64,000 nt of DNA, taken from an uncultured virus (IMG/VR IMGVR_UViG_3300008117_000099) (lineage: Duplodnaviria; Heunggongvirae; Uroviricota; Caudoviricetes). The DNA lies in IMG/VR virus record IMGVR_UViG_3300008117_000099; one strand, 5' to 3'. Below the pieces are notes generated by a model that saw nothing but the letters and a program-made list of their open reading frames with translations, was not told where the DNA came from and did not search any database. Every line of letters starts with the position of its first letter. The first letter of the stretch is position 1. The translations under genes and the position numbers were made by a program. This document shows, piece by piece, positions 1 to 9,276 of this stretch.

Positions 1-62
1 GGTTGTTGTACTGGAGCGGGTTGTTGCCCACCTAATTTTTGAGCCCACCAGTTATTACTCAT
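1..62 (-). CDS. Partial hypothetical protein (MSNNWWAQKLGGQQP...), runs off window
   Basis: ATG at 62 overlaps the stop of 59..532; open to the window edge. Confidence 0.55.
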   Translation of the reverse strand, partial: MSNNWWAQKLGGQQPAPVQQ

Positions 63-532
63 TCATCTTTTCCTTCCATGAACATCAGTCCGTGATTTTC
101 GTTAGCCAATCCTAACTCAAATGCTGCGGAAAATGCTGCAACCACTGCAGCAAAAGAAACTTGACGATACAAGCCTTCCATAATCTCTGGGTCCAGGTCG
201 GCTTCTAATACCTCTTCATTTTTAAAGTCTTGTAATTGAATTGTGCTTATAGCCTTTGCATTAATGGATGCAATCATGTCTATAAAAGGCATAAGTGGGA
301 CAACCGCATCAATACGACGTTCGCTGGCTTCTTTCTCAAAATCTTCGCCCTCTTGACTTACCGGCATCAAACTAAAGGCTTTGACTAAATCGTTTACATC
401 TTCAATACCAAGGTCATAGCAATACCAGCGTATAAGAGTGCTGAGCGGAACTTTATCCTGTGATATTTCAGCAACAAGTCTTGGCGCTTTATTGCGCTTC
501 CAAAACTTCCACTTCATTTTGCCTCTCCCCAA
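59..532 (-). CDS. Hypothetical protein
   Basis: ORF coupled to the end of polA; no recognised motif. Confidence 0.7.
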   Translation of the reverse strand: MGRGKMKWKFWKRNKAPRLVAEISQDKVPLSTLIRWYCYDLGIEDVNDLVKAFSLMPVSQEGEDFEKEASERRIDAVVPLMPFIDMIASINAKAISTIQLQDFKNEEVLEADLDPEIMEGLYRQVSFAAVVAAFSAAFELGLANENHGLMFMEGKDE

Positions 533-2496
533 CGCTGTACAGTTGTGATGTCTGCAATTAAAGGTACGTTCAAAAGGTTGATTCCTTCCATAGCCTCTCT
601 AATTGCGTCCTCGGTTTCAGTTACCAAATGGTCTGGTGTAAGGGTAACTAGTTCGTCGTGGACGGTCAACAACAGGCGAGCTTCCTGGGGAATCATGGCG
701 TGGGCTCGAACCATGGCTACTTTAATAATATCCGCGGCCGAACCTTGGATTCTAGTGTTAAAAGCTTGACGTTCAGCTGCAGCTCGAAGACCCCGGTCGT
801 TTGAGTTAATCTCAGGAAGATAACGCCGACGTCCAAGAAGCGTGTAAACAAATGGAGGGTTGCTGGCTCTAGTTACCGCTAGTACCTTCAATCGATATTT
901 GCTTACAGACGGAAAGGTCTTAGAGAAGTCATCTAGTAGTTTTTTAGCATCATTGACTGAGCAACCTATTTGGCGCGAAATCTTGTCAGGCCCTACGCCG
1001 TAAGCCATAGATAGAACAAGAACCTTTCCAGCCTTACGGTCTACGCCCATAACCTCGCCAACGGTTGTATAGATGTCGCGTTTGTTTAAATAGTTATCTA
1101 ACATAATTGGGTCCTCTGACATAGAGGCAATAATGCGTGGTTCAATCTGTGAGTAATCCGCAACCACAAGTTTGTAGCCTGGTGGAGCGTAGAACAGGTT
1201 ACGAATTGCTTTACCGTTCTCACTAGCCGATGGGTTAGGAATGTTTTGAAGATTAGGATTACGACTAGAAAAACGTCCAGTCTCCGCACCATGTTGTACA
1301 AAGTCGCAGTGGATTCGTTTGTTAATTAAAAGACTTTCTTTATGCTCAATCTTAGTTTTGCCACCAGAGGTACGGGTGACGTCTCCGCCCATATATGGAA
1401 CAACATAAGTAGTAAGCAACTTATTTAAGTCTGAATAAGTAAGCAGTGCGGTAACTAATGGGTCACGGTCTCTATAGGCTTCAAGTGCTTCGGCAGAGAC
1501 TGAATAGTCCGAATAGTCCAACTCTTTGCCTGCAGCATCACGCTGCTCTCCTCGAAGCGTAAGCATCTTAGGAGGAAGTCCTCGGCCACCGTCCTTCTTA
1601 GATGAATACAGAAGGTACTGTTTTTCCTGATTGCTATTAATATTGAACTGTCTACCAGCCGTTTTAAATATTTCAGCCTTGGCTTTTTCTATATCCTCTA
1701 AAAGTTTTTCGTACAAATGTTCGAGAGCTTCTGTGTCAATAGGTGCTCCGGTCAGTTTCATAGCACAAAGGACAGCAAGCACGTCCATCTCTAACTTCAT
1801 AATCTTGTCTACTTTAGACTCGGTTATGCGAGGCGCTAGATTTTTCCATAGTAAAAACGTGTACTTGGCGTCTAGATACGCATACTTGGCTACGTCTTTA
1901 AACGTGTGCTTCTCTACTGCAGCACCTACGCCCTTGACCATGTGATACCCGAACTCACGCTGTAAGCAGTCGTCAAGACCAACTTTATTTTTATTACGGT
2001 TATCTAAAACAAAAGAACCAATCATCGTGTCAAAGTAAGGACCAGATGGGACGCGACCTCCGTAGTACTTTGCTACAGAAGTTAAATCAAAAAGTAAGTT
2101 GTGACCAACGGTTAATACCTTGTCATTAAAGAACAGAGGCTCTAACGCCTTAAAAACATCTGCTGGAAATAATTGAGCGGGTGGCTCTGAATAAACGTAT
2201 GTTGCTTTCTTAGCATCTCGAGAGTAATCGCTGGGACGAGCGGGTAGCCCCTTTTCTACCCGCTTTTCGCCCTGGCCGGTTAATGGATAAATTACTTCAA
2301 GTAACTCTCCATTAGGGTGACCCATAGGAATTACGTCTGCCCTCCCGTGTGTGGCGAGCGTAATCCAAAGCACTTCGTTGATAGGAGTATCACCACGTCG
2401 GTCACCGACGGTCTCAACGTCAAAAGCAAACGCATCTTGCGTTAGGTAGTAAGCAACTACTTCGTCTAATTGTTTTTTATTCGTGATGATGTTCAT
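514..2496 (-). CDS. polA: Family A DNA polymerase (3'-5' exonuclease + polymerase)
   Basis: ExoI FDVET, ExoII GHNLLFD, ExoIII YAYLDA; TGRFSSRNPNLQNIP; motif A ADYSQIEPR; motif B RKAGKVLVLSMAYG; motif C TVHDEL. Confidence 0.97.
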   Translation of the reverse strand: MNIITNKKQLDEVVAYYLTQDAFAFDVETVGDRRGDTPINEVLWITLATHGRADVIPMGHPNGELLEVIYPLTGQGEKRVEKGLPARPSDYSRDAKKATYVYSEPPAQLFPADVFKALEPLFFNDKVLTVGHNLLFDLTSVAKYYGGRVPSGPYFDTMIGSFVLDNRNKNKVGLDDCLQREFGYHMVKGVGAAVEKHTFKDVAKYAYLDAKYTFLLWKNLAPRITESKVDKIMKLEMDVLAVLCAMKLTGAPIDTEALEHLYEKLLEDIEKAKAEIFKTAGRQFNINSNQEKQYLLYSSKKDGGRGLPPKMLTLRGEQRDAAGKELDYSDYSVSAEALEAYRDRDPLVTALLTYSDLNKLLTTYVVPYMGGDVTRTSGGKTKIEHKESLLINKRIHCDFVQHGAETGRFSSRNPNLQNIPNPSASENGKAIRNLFYAPPGYKLVVADYSQIEPRIIASMSEDPIMLDNYLNKRDIYTTVGEVMGVDRKAGKVLVLSMAYGVGPDKISRQIGCSVNDAKKLLDDFSKTFPSVSKYRLKVLAVTRASNPPFVYTLLGRRRYLPEINSNDRGLRAAAERQAFNTRIQGSAADIIKVAMVRAHAMIPQEARLLLTVHDELVTLTPDHLVTETEDAIREAMEGINLLNVPLIADITTVQRWGEAK

Positions 2497-2500
2497 ATAT

Positions 2501-2565
2501 CCCCCTTAAGGTCTAAGGACTGAGGATTACAGAAAGGGGGTCAAATTAATCCTCAGCCCCTAGAC
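2501..2565 (-). promoter_or_regulatory. 19-bp stem-loop with anti-SD loop in the polA leader
   Basis: GUCUAGGGGCUGAGGAUUA pairs with UAAUCCUCAGUCCUUAGAC; loop CCCCCUU is complementary to the SD AAGGGGG at 2501-2507. Confidence 0.7.
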
Positions 2566-2575
2566 ATCTAGTTTG

Positions 2576-3247
2576 CTAAGCCAGCAACGAGTTGGCAATT
2601 TCTTCCAACTCAGCCCATGAATGAGTTTTGATGTCATCCTTGGTAAAGCACTTCATTTGTGCGATTGCTGCTTCAGCTGCTTCGGCATCAATGCCCCAAT
2701 CTTCTTGGAGGTCACGAGCCTTGATTGCGTTAAGGTGATAAACAGTTTGCTGCATCTTTCCTGTACGAGAAATCGCCCAGAAGTTCTTGTTCAAAGGACC
2801 CTGTGGTGAGAAATGTGCAGAGTGCAGTGTCTTATAAAGACGTGGAGTTGCAATCAACATTTGACGCTGTGCTCCGCCTGGAACACTGAGATTGGCAACT
2901 GTAAATGCCCGCTTATCTTCTGGCTTGCTTCCAAGCTTTGTTGCTAGCGGGTCGGTTGGTCCAAGGGAGATGTAAGAACGGCGTCCTACAGTCTTCTGTT
3001 GGAGGAAGTGTTGCTTGTATGTAGCAAATGGACCATCTGGGTCCAAGAACTTAATGACTTGGAAATCTTCTCCAAGTTTCATTTCAATTGGGAAATCACC
3101 TGCAGAACCACTTAGTTTTTCTGCTGCTTCCCAACCTGACTGCACTGCATTTGTTGTAGTGCCTACTGGACGGTCTTCAATTGCGAAGGACTCGTTCTCA
3201 GTGATGTATGCGTCCGCATTAGGGACGGCTGTACGGTCGACTGCCAT
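2576..3247 (-). CDS. Probable single-stranded DNA-binding protein
   Basis: IKFLDPDGPFATYKQHF and ISRTGKMQQTVY resemble gp32-like phage SSBs; adjacent to polA. Confidence 0.55.
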   Translation of the reverse strand: MAVDRTAVPNADAYITENESFAIEDRPVGTTTNAVQSGWEAAEKLSGSAGDFPIEMKLGEDFQVIKFLDPDGPFATYKQHFLQQKTVGRRSYISLGPTDPLATKLGSKPEDKRAFTVANLSVPGGAQRQMLIATPRLYKTLHSAHFSPQGPLNKNFWAISRTGKMQQTVYHLNAIKARDLQEDWGIDAEAAEAAIAQMKCFTKDDIKTHSWAELEEIANSLLA

Positions 3248-3259
3248 ATATTTCCTTTG

Positions 3260-3733
3260 TTAGTTAGTTTCTGTTGTTTCCGTTTCCGATTCGCGGATTT
3301 TATCCCACGACTCGGCAATCTCGTTAATGAGTTGCCGATGTAAGGCCCAGTCTATACGTTTGGCGTGAAGAATTCCCGCCTTAGTAAATAACTCAACCGT
3401 CATCTCAATCATTGGACGAGTGTACAAGCGCCTACCCAACACCTCCTTACCGTTTTTGTCAACTGTAGACGGCAAACGGTAAGGGGAGGTTGGTAAATAA
3501 CCTTCTGTCATCCATGCACGTAATGTTATGACAGGTCGGCTTAAGGCTGTCGCTAACGCCCCGAGAGTAAACATCTCAACACTTTTTCCGTTAGGTAGTG
3601 TTTTGATAAAAGGTTTTGCGTCCCAAGTTACATCCTCGGGTAGTTTCTCAACCTTTTCGCGGCGCTTGCGTTTGCTGCCAGGATAATAGTTATCTAGGTC
3701 AGCAAATGCTTTATCGATGAAGTCGTCGGTCAT
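3260..3733 (-). CDS. MerR-like HTH DNA-binding protein
   Basis: FTLGALATALSRPVITLRAWMTEGYLP...RRLYT. Confidence 0.7.
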   Translation of the reverse strand: MTDDFIDKAFADLDNYYPGSKRKRREKVEKLPEDVTWDAKPFIKTLPNGKSVEMFTLGALATALSRPVITLRAWMTEGYLPTSPYRLPSTVDKNGKEVLGRRLYTRPMIEMTVELFTKAGILHAKRIDWALHRQLINEIAESWDKIRESETETTETN

Positions 3734-4140
3734 ACTACGAAAGCGTAAGAGACCTTTGATGGGAACATTGCGTCAATATCTTCTTCGGTGAGGTCACCGC
3801 GATAAAAAGACGCCATGATTTCTGCTTCATCTAACATAGGAACCATCTTAATGCACTGTTCCTTTAGATTTTTTTCTCCAAGAATTTTTTCAGCAACATC
3901 CATATCTAAAGACTTAGATACCTTGCGTTGATGTGTAATTTTTTCAGTTCCTGTTATTGGGTCATTGACCTCAAGAACTATATGCCCCCGACCGTCTACC
4001 TCGCCATATTCTTTTAGACTGGCGACAAGACGCTCTTTGATTTCTTTTTGACGGTTTGTAAGCAGGTTAATTTCGTCTTTAAGTGCGACGAACTGCTGTA
4101 CTTCTTTTTGAAGTGTTTGTTGGTTTAACGACATGTTCAA
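3730..4140 (-). CDS. Hypothetical protein with N-terminal coiled coil
   Basis: ORF with SD AAAGGGG; likely start at ATG 4134. Confidence 0.65.
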   Translation of the reverse strand: MNMSLNQQTLQKEVQQFVALKDEINLLTNRQKEIKERLVASLKEYGEVDGRGHIVLEVNDPITGTEKITHQRKVSKSLDMDVAEKILGEKNLKEQCIKMVPMLDEAEIMASFYRGDLTEEDIDAMFPSKVSYAFVV

Positions 4141-4155
4141 CCCCTTTCAGGGTAG

Positions 4156-4185
4156 AACTTAGGGGATTAAAACCCTACTTGTCAA
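4156..4185 (-). promoter_or_regulatory. Sigma70/SigA-type promoter TTGACA-N18-TAAGTT
   Basis: Perfect -35 box and a TANNNT -10 box upstream of 3730..4140. Confidence 0.65.
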
Positions 4186-4327
4186 CCTCGGCTAGGTAGG
4201 CTTCGAGCGCCTTGATTATGATGCTGGTCACAGTGACCTTCTCAAGGGCAGCCTTCTTCTGGACGGCTGTCCACAGCTCGTCGGACACGCGGATAGTGCG
4301 TGTGGGGGTCTTAGGCGCGTTAGGCAT
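4175..4327 (-). CDS. Ribbon-helix-helix DNA-binding protein (50 aa, not in ORF track)
   Basis: MPNAPKTPTRTIRVSDELWTAVQKKAALEKVTVTSIIIKALEAYL fits the Arc/CopG pattern; TATAAT lies 6 nt before the ATG (leaderless). Confidence 0.8.
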   Translation of the reverse strand: MPNAPKTPTRTIRVSDELWTAVQKKAALEKVTVTSIIIKALEAYLAEVDK

Positions 4328-4334
4328 CCTAAAA

Positions 4335-5924
4335 TTATACCGAGGTAAGGCGTAAGAACCCGCTTAAACTACCCACGCTCATGGCTACCCCGCCATTTTC
4401 GTCTATACCCTCGCCATCTAAGACTGCGTTGGCTATAGCGTTCTTCTGCTGGAGCATCTCATGCTGTCTAATCTCAATAGAGCCAGCCACTAAAAAGTCT
4501 TGAATAACAATACTTGGCCACTTCGAAGAGGCACGTTTGATGCGACCGTTGCGTTGAGTGGCTAAACCAGCAGACCATGGCAAGTCAAAGTTGATGAGCA
4601 AGTTAGCGGCTGGCAGGTCTACGCCGTAGCCTCCGGCGTCACTGCTTATTAATACTCTGGTCTTTGGGTCTGTATTAAAGGCGATTTTATTATCTTCTTT
4701 TGTTTTAGCGTCTAACTTACCTGAGTAGGTTCTACAGATATCTGGGCCTAAGGCCTGTGACATCTTTTCTAACATATCGACGTAAGTTACAAATATAACT
4801 ACTTTGTTATCTTCATTCTCTTCTAAAAACTCTTGGACGTATTTAATTAATAGTTCAAACTTGGGAGCTGATGTAAGTCCGTCTAGCAAACCTTCTTGTC
4901 TAAGCTCGTATGCGTACTTAGACCCAGACCCGGTCATCATGTCGTAGTTGCGAGCGCTAGTGTGTAGTAGGTCAGGGTGCACGCACAACATCTTTAAACA
5001 ACCAACCTTGGCCATGATGCGCCCACGAATTTCGTCTGCCTCACCTCCGCGAGCAGATTCCAACCCGTAGTGAGCAAAGATATTAAACCCAGAACCAAAA
5101 AGGTTTTGAGCGTTGTCTAAGTCTTCTAATAAATCGTTGAGAATCTTTTGATACAACTTCGCGGCTTTGCGGTCTAACGTAATAGTTATTGGGTCGTTGT
5201 GAATAGAGTCAGGCAAATGAGGTGCTACATCTGGGTCTTTCTGTGATTTACGAACACAGGCTTCTTTTAGTTTTTCATGGAGCGTGGGCAGATTTCTATA
5301 ACGGTCTACGCCACCCCACCCGTTTCTAACAATGAAAGCCTTATCAAAAATGTCAAATCGTCCTAAGACTGAATCATCTACAAACTGCATAATGCTAAAC
5401 AATTCTTCTGGCTTTCCATTTTCAATAGGAGTACCAGTAAGGGCAAACTTAAATGGGGCGCCGGACAACCGCTTAGTTGTCTTAGACCGCTTTGATTTAA
5501 AAGATTTGATTGCCGTTGCTTCATCTAATACAACAAAACCTCTAGGAAGATTCTTTATGACATCCCAATCGTTAACTACCTGTTCGTAATTCATGATGAT
5601 GTAGTCAACGCCTGATTCACGCCAGTTCATAGCCTCTGCGTACTGCTTTTGACGCTTTGCTGGGGTGCCGTCTATGACAAGAGCTTTTGAAGTGTTCTCT
5701 GTAAATTTTTCTATCTGGTTCTTCCATTGATACTTAATACTGCTAAGACATACAACAAGACCTGGCTCAGTAATTTTTTTCTGGTCCATAAGCCGTTCAA
5801 TGGCAGCAATAGTTAAGACCGTCTTACCTAAACCAAGGTCATAGGCAACAAGAACCTTGCGGCGTTTACACATAAGGTTAACGGCCTCAGGTTGATAAGG
5901 AAGTAATTTACCCTTGAATGTCAT
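4335..5924 (-). CDS. SNF2-family (SF2) helicase
   Basis: DLGLGKT, VLDEAT, ALTGTPIEN, SDAGGYGVDL, QRNGRIKR. Confidence 0.93.
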   Translation of the reverse strand: MTFKGKLLPYQPEAVNLMCKRRKVLVAYDLGLGKTVLTIAAIERLMDQKKITEPGLVVCLSSIKYQWKNQIEKFTENTSKALVIDGTPAKRQKQYAEAMNWRESGVDYIIMNYEQVVNDWDVIKNLPRGFVVLDEATAIKSFKSKRSKTTKRLSGAPFKFALTGTPIENGKPEELFSIMQFVDDSVLGRFDIFDKAFIVRNGWGGVDRYRNLPTLHEKLKEACVRKSQKDPDVAPHLPDSIHNDPITITLDRKAAKLYQKILNDLLEDLDNAQNLFGSGFNIFAHYGLESARGGEADEIRGRIMAKVGCLKMLCVHPDLLHTSARNYDMMTGSGSKYAYELRQEGLLDGLTSAPKFELLIKYVQEFLEENEDNKVVIFVTYVDMLEKMSQALGPDICRTYSGKLDAKTKEDNKIAFNTDPKTRVLISSDAGGYGVDLPAANLLINFDLPWSAGLATQRNGRIKRASSKWPSIVIQDFLVAGSIEIRQHEMLQQKNAIANAVLDGEGIDENGGVAMSVGSLSGFLRLTSV

Positions 5925-6462
5925 GGCGTAACTCTTCCATATGGAAGTCCACCGTCGTCTTTAATACGTTTAAATCTGAGTTGTTGTGAACGTAAGCATC
6001 AAATTTATAATCGTCTAAATCAACCTCTGAGATGTGGTCATTGACAGCAAAAACATATGGACGAACTACTCGCCACATATGACCCTCGCAAGACTTGACG
6101 TACTCTGCCTCGTTCTTAAAACGAACATCAGTAATTACATAATCTTGATATGGGTTTTCAAATATTTTGTTTAACACAGTCTTAACCCAAATGTGTTCGC
6201 CCATGTGCTTTCTAGCGGCAACACCTAGGTTCTGTAGTTGACGACGAACCTCTGTGTCTTGTTTAGCCTCGTCCCAACCAACACGGTCAACCGCGTCTTG
6301 AACACGACCAGTAGGGCTGCAGGCAGTTATAACGTTCATGTCGTACAAGATGTCCCTAATCGCATCGGCAAATGCAACGCGAGTAAAGTTATAGTCATTC
6401 ACAAGGATTTCAGCAACCGTGTCTTTTCCAGAACGGGCATAACCAGATAAACCAATAATCAT
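5908..6462 (-). CDS. Deoxynucleoside monophosphate kinase
   Basis: IIGLSGYARSGKDT, FADAIR, RRQLQNLG, VITDVRFKNE, HISE. Confidence 0.9.
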   Translation of the reverse strand: MIIGLSGYARSGKDTVAEILVNDYNFTRVAFADAIRDILYDMNVITACSPTGRVQDAVDRVGWDEAKQDTEVRRQLQNLGVAARKHMGEHIWVKTVLNKIFENPYQDYVITDVRFKNEAEYVKSCEGHMWRVVRPYVFAVNDHISEVDLDDYKFDAYVHNNSDLNVLKTTVDFHMEELRHDIQG

Positions 6463-6599
6463 TAGAACTCAATCCCTATCCAAAAGAAGCCAAGGTCCAT
6501 GTCAAAAGACCACTTGCTGATACGAAACCCCAATCCAAATCCCCTAAAACTAAACCCAATAGAAATCCATTTATCAAATACTCGAAACTCTTTGTTCAT
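6462..6599 (-). CDS. Small aromatic/Gly-rich hypothetical protein (45 aa)
   Basis: MNKEFRVFDKWISIGFSFRGFGLGF...; fills the gap exactly with start/stop overlaps. Confidence 0.6.
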   Translation of the reverse strand: MNKEFRVFDKWISIGFSFRGFGLGFRISKWSFDMDLGFFWIGIEF

Positions 6600-7522
6600 G
6601 ACAACGCCCTTTCTCCGTAGACTGAGTGCTTAGCTTTTTCAAGACCTTGATAAATCTCGGCCTTGCTCATACCGCCTATATCCTTCACGTCAATGCCCGA
6701 GTAGTCAAAAAACCGCACCTCGAACCCTAATCGGATTGACCAGTCAAGTATGGCTTTGGATGAATCCCTACCTGCCTCATCGTTGTCCATAGCCACCACA
6801 ACGGCCTCAGCGCCCCGAATTAGGTTTATCTGGGTTTTAGAGACGGCTGAGCCAAACGTAGAGATGCCTCCCAGAAGCCCTACAGAGGCCATACGAGCCA
6901 CGTCCAGCGGAGACTCGACCACAACCATGGTCCCGCCTTGGTACTGACCGTATCCGAACAGGCTGAGGCTTTTATTGACCCCTGTCGGATAATTCCTAAA
7001 ATACCGATTTGCACCCTTTTCCTGCCAACCCCAGAGTTTTCCAGAAAGGGGGTCGCGGATTGGCAGAATCCAGCAACGCTTAATCAGGTCCCACTGGACG
7101 CCGTATAAACGGGCAGCCTCTAAGGTCAATCCGCGAGACCGCAGTTCCTCTTCAGGCGGGTCTACAAAAGCGGCAAGGTTTGCCTCTGTTAAATCTGTGA
7201 CCTCTTTGAGAACAGGCTCTTTTTTGCGGATGGCCTTGTCCAAAGCTTTGGTTAAATCAACTCCATCTGTCAACCATGTTTTGGCAGACTCAAAGTCAAT
7301 CCCTTGAACGTATTCGATTAGAGAAGTGACACTTCCCTTGAAGTGACAAGAAAAACAAAAATGCGCTCCAGTATCTGCGTTAATCCACCACGAAGGATTT
7401 ACATCTTCTTTGCCAGTCCGCTGAATGTGAGCAGGGCAATGACCTTGGATTTCAAATCCATTAATTCGTATAACCTCAACACCTAGTCGGTCAAGCAGGT
7501 CTTCCATATCCTCAACGGTCAT
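6596..7522 (-). CDS. dnaG: DNA primase (CHC2 zinc finger + TOPRIM)
   Basis: CPAH...CFSC; VVESPLD; MDNDEAG; KDIG. Confidence 0.9.
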   Translation of the reverse strand: MTVEDMEDLLDRLGVEVIRINGFEIQGHCPAHIQRTGKEDVNPSWWINADTGAHFCFSCHFKGSVTSLIEYVQGIDFESAKTWLTDGVDLTKALDKAIRKKEPVLKEVTDLTEANLAAFVDPPEEELRSRGLTLEAARLYGVQWDLIKRCWILPIRDPLSGKLWGWQEKGANRYFRNYPTGVNKSLSLFGYGQYQGGTMVVVESPLDVARMASVGLLGGISTFGSAVSKTQINLIRGAEAVVVAMDNDEAGRDSSKAILDWSIRLGFEVRFFDYSGIDVKDIGGMSKAEIYQGLEKAKHSVYGERALS

Positions 7523-7643
7523 AGTCAGCCTTCTTGTGCTTAACCTTACGACTGTAAGCCTTCTTGCTTTTTACTGGCTGTGCAGCGTTTGAACGACGTA
7601 GTTCAAGAACTCGTTTAATGCGCTCTAAGTTTGGAAGTTTCAT
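7512..7643 (-). CDS. Small basic protein (43 aa)
   Basis: MKLPNLERIKRVLELRRSNAAQPVKSKKAYSRKVKHKKADYDR; ATGA overlap with dnaB. Confidence 0.65.
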   Translation of the reverse strand: MKLPNLERIKRVLELRRSNAAQPVKSKKAYSRKVKHKKADYDR

Positions 7644-8893
7644 AGGTCGGTTGCATCCATTTCACGGAATCGACCCTCCGACCATTGCCACTCAAGAGTT
7701 ACTTCAGCAGGTCCAGAGTTACGGCTAGCAACAACCTTTAGAAGACGGGTGTCCTCTACGGCCTCGTCTTCGCGCTGTAAACCAAGGATTATGTCAGCAT
7801 CTTGGAAAAAGGAAGATGAGTAACCGATTGAGTCTGCAGTTACATTTCCTTTTTTCATCTTCCAAGTAAGAACCTGAGTTGAGATAACGATTGGCTTATT
7901 GAAACGCTGTGCCAAACGCTTTAGTCCACGAGTGATGTTAGTCAACGCCAACGGTGTATTTGCTTCCCCGGTCTGTTCGTCGACCATCAAGTACACACCA
8001 TCAATAAAAACAATATCTGGTTGCAGTGTTTGAATCTTTGCAGCAATACCTGAAACTGTTGAACCTGCTGCTGAGTCAACTAACCAAAACTTATGCTGAA
8101 CCTTCTCCAACCCCTCAAGAATCTTCTTGTAACGTGACTCTTCTTCTGGAGTTAAAGTTCCTGTCATTAAACGCTGGTGTGAGACAAGAGCACGCATAGC
8201 ATCGTAACGAGCCTCTTGTTCCATATTGCTCATTTCAAAAGACTGAAACATAGGCACTTTCTTTTGCTCACGGTGAATGTTCAACGCTACCTGCAAAGCA
8301 AGAGTTGATTTACCAGTCTTTGGTGGAGCAATGATTACTACTAGTTGACCATCTTGCAATCCACTAGTTGCTTTATCAATAGTTGGGAATCCTGTTGGCA
8401 ATCCACGCAATCCGTTTGGCAGGTTCTTGCGTTCTAGGTAATCTTCCCAACGGCGCATAGGTTCGTAGGTAAGGTCAAGGTCGCTAGTTCCGCTAAGACC
8501 GTCATCCTCAATCTTGATAAGTCCGCGCTGAAGTTTAAGCAACGCCTCTTCGTGGTCTGCTCGTTTATCAATTGATTCAATTGCGTCACGCAACATTCCT
8601 ACTGTTGCAGTCTTGCGACGTGCTTCTACTACAGCATCTAAAAGATAACTAAGATTATCGTCAGAGTTAACTAACTCATACGTTGGGTAATTTTCCTTGA
8701 TTATTTCAAGGCTTGGGCACTCACCATACTTTGAGTAGTGGTCCCGTAACTTGTTCCAAACACGCTTGTCATCATCGTCAGCAAACCAATTGCTGTTTAC
8801 GTTACGGCTAAATAAAGGCGTTAGGTTACGTTCACTGATAGCTTTGCTAAGCAGTTTCTTTTCGTTGTTCACTACACCACATCCATTCCCCAA
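7640..8893 (-). CDS. dnaB: DnaB-like replicative helicase (true start probably GTG near 8872)
   Basis: GLPTGFPTID, APPKTGKS, SFEMS, FIDGVYLM, QDADIILGL. Confidence 0.93.
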   Translation of the reverse strand: MGNGCGVVNNEKKLLSKAISERNLTPLFSRNVNSNWFADDDDKRVWNKLRDHYSKYGECPSLEIIKENYPTYELVNSDDNLSYLLDAVVEARRKTATVGMLRDAIESIDKRADHEEALLKLQRGLIKIEDDGLSGTSDLDLTYEPMRRWEDYLERKNLPNGLRGLPTGFPTIDKATSGLQDGQLVVIIAPPKTGKSTLALQVALNIHREQKKVPMFQSFEMSNMEQEARYDAMRALVSHQRLMTGTLTPEEESRYKKILEGLEKVQHKFWLVDSAAGSTVSGIAAKIQTLQPDIVFIDGVYLMVDEQTGEANTPLALTNITRGLKRLAQRFNKPIVISTQVLTWKMKKGNVTADSIGYSSSFFQDADIILGLQREDEAVEDTRLLKVVASRNSGPAEVTLEWQWSEGRFREMDATDL

Positions 8894-9273
8894 CTACCGT
8901 ACCGTAATAATCTATCAGGTCTATCTATCACCCCCACTACCTCAGGTCTATACGGAAGCGTAGCAACCAAGTGGTCTAACGAATCGTATGCCGTTGTGTA
9001 GCGGAAGGGATTAGTGCCGGATTTTTCCAGTGCTGCTGTTAATTCGTCAAGTTCATCATTGTTCATGTCGTAAGACACTAACTCAAACGTGTACGCACTA
9101 CGCGTTGCATATAGGTATATGCGGCTTAAAACTTGAGAGTTAAAAGTGTAATCTTTTTGTATTTTTGGAATTACTTTAAAAACTTTTTTAATAGAAACTT
9201 CTTGAGTAACTATTAAATCGGTGGTAACAAGAACTCGTCTTGGAAAGTCATTACTTATATCCCCCTTTAACAT
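8872..9273 (-). CDS. Hypothetical protein
   Basis: ORF within the replication operon. Confidence 0.65.
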   Translation of the reverse strand: MLKGDISNDFPRRVLVTTDLIVTQEVSIKKVFKVIPKIQKDYTFNSQVLSRIYLYATRSAYTFELVSYDMNNDELDELTAALEKSGTNPFRYTTAYDSLDHLVATLPYRPEVVGVIDRPDRLLRYGSWGMDVV

Positions 9274-9276
9274 TTT

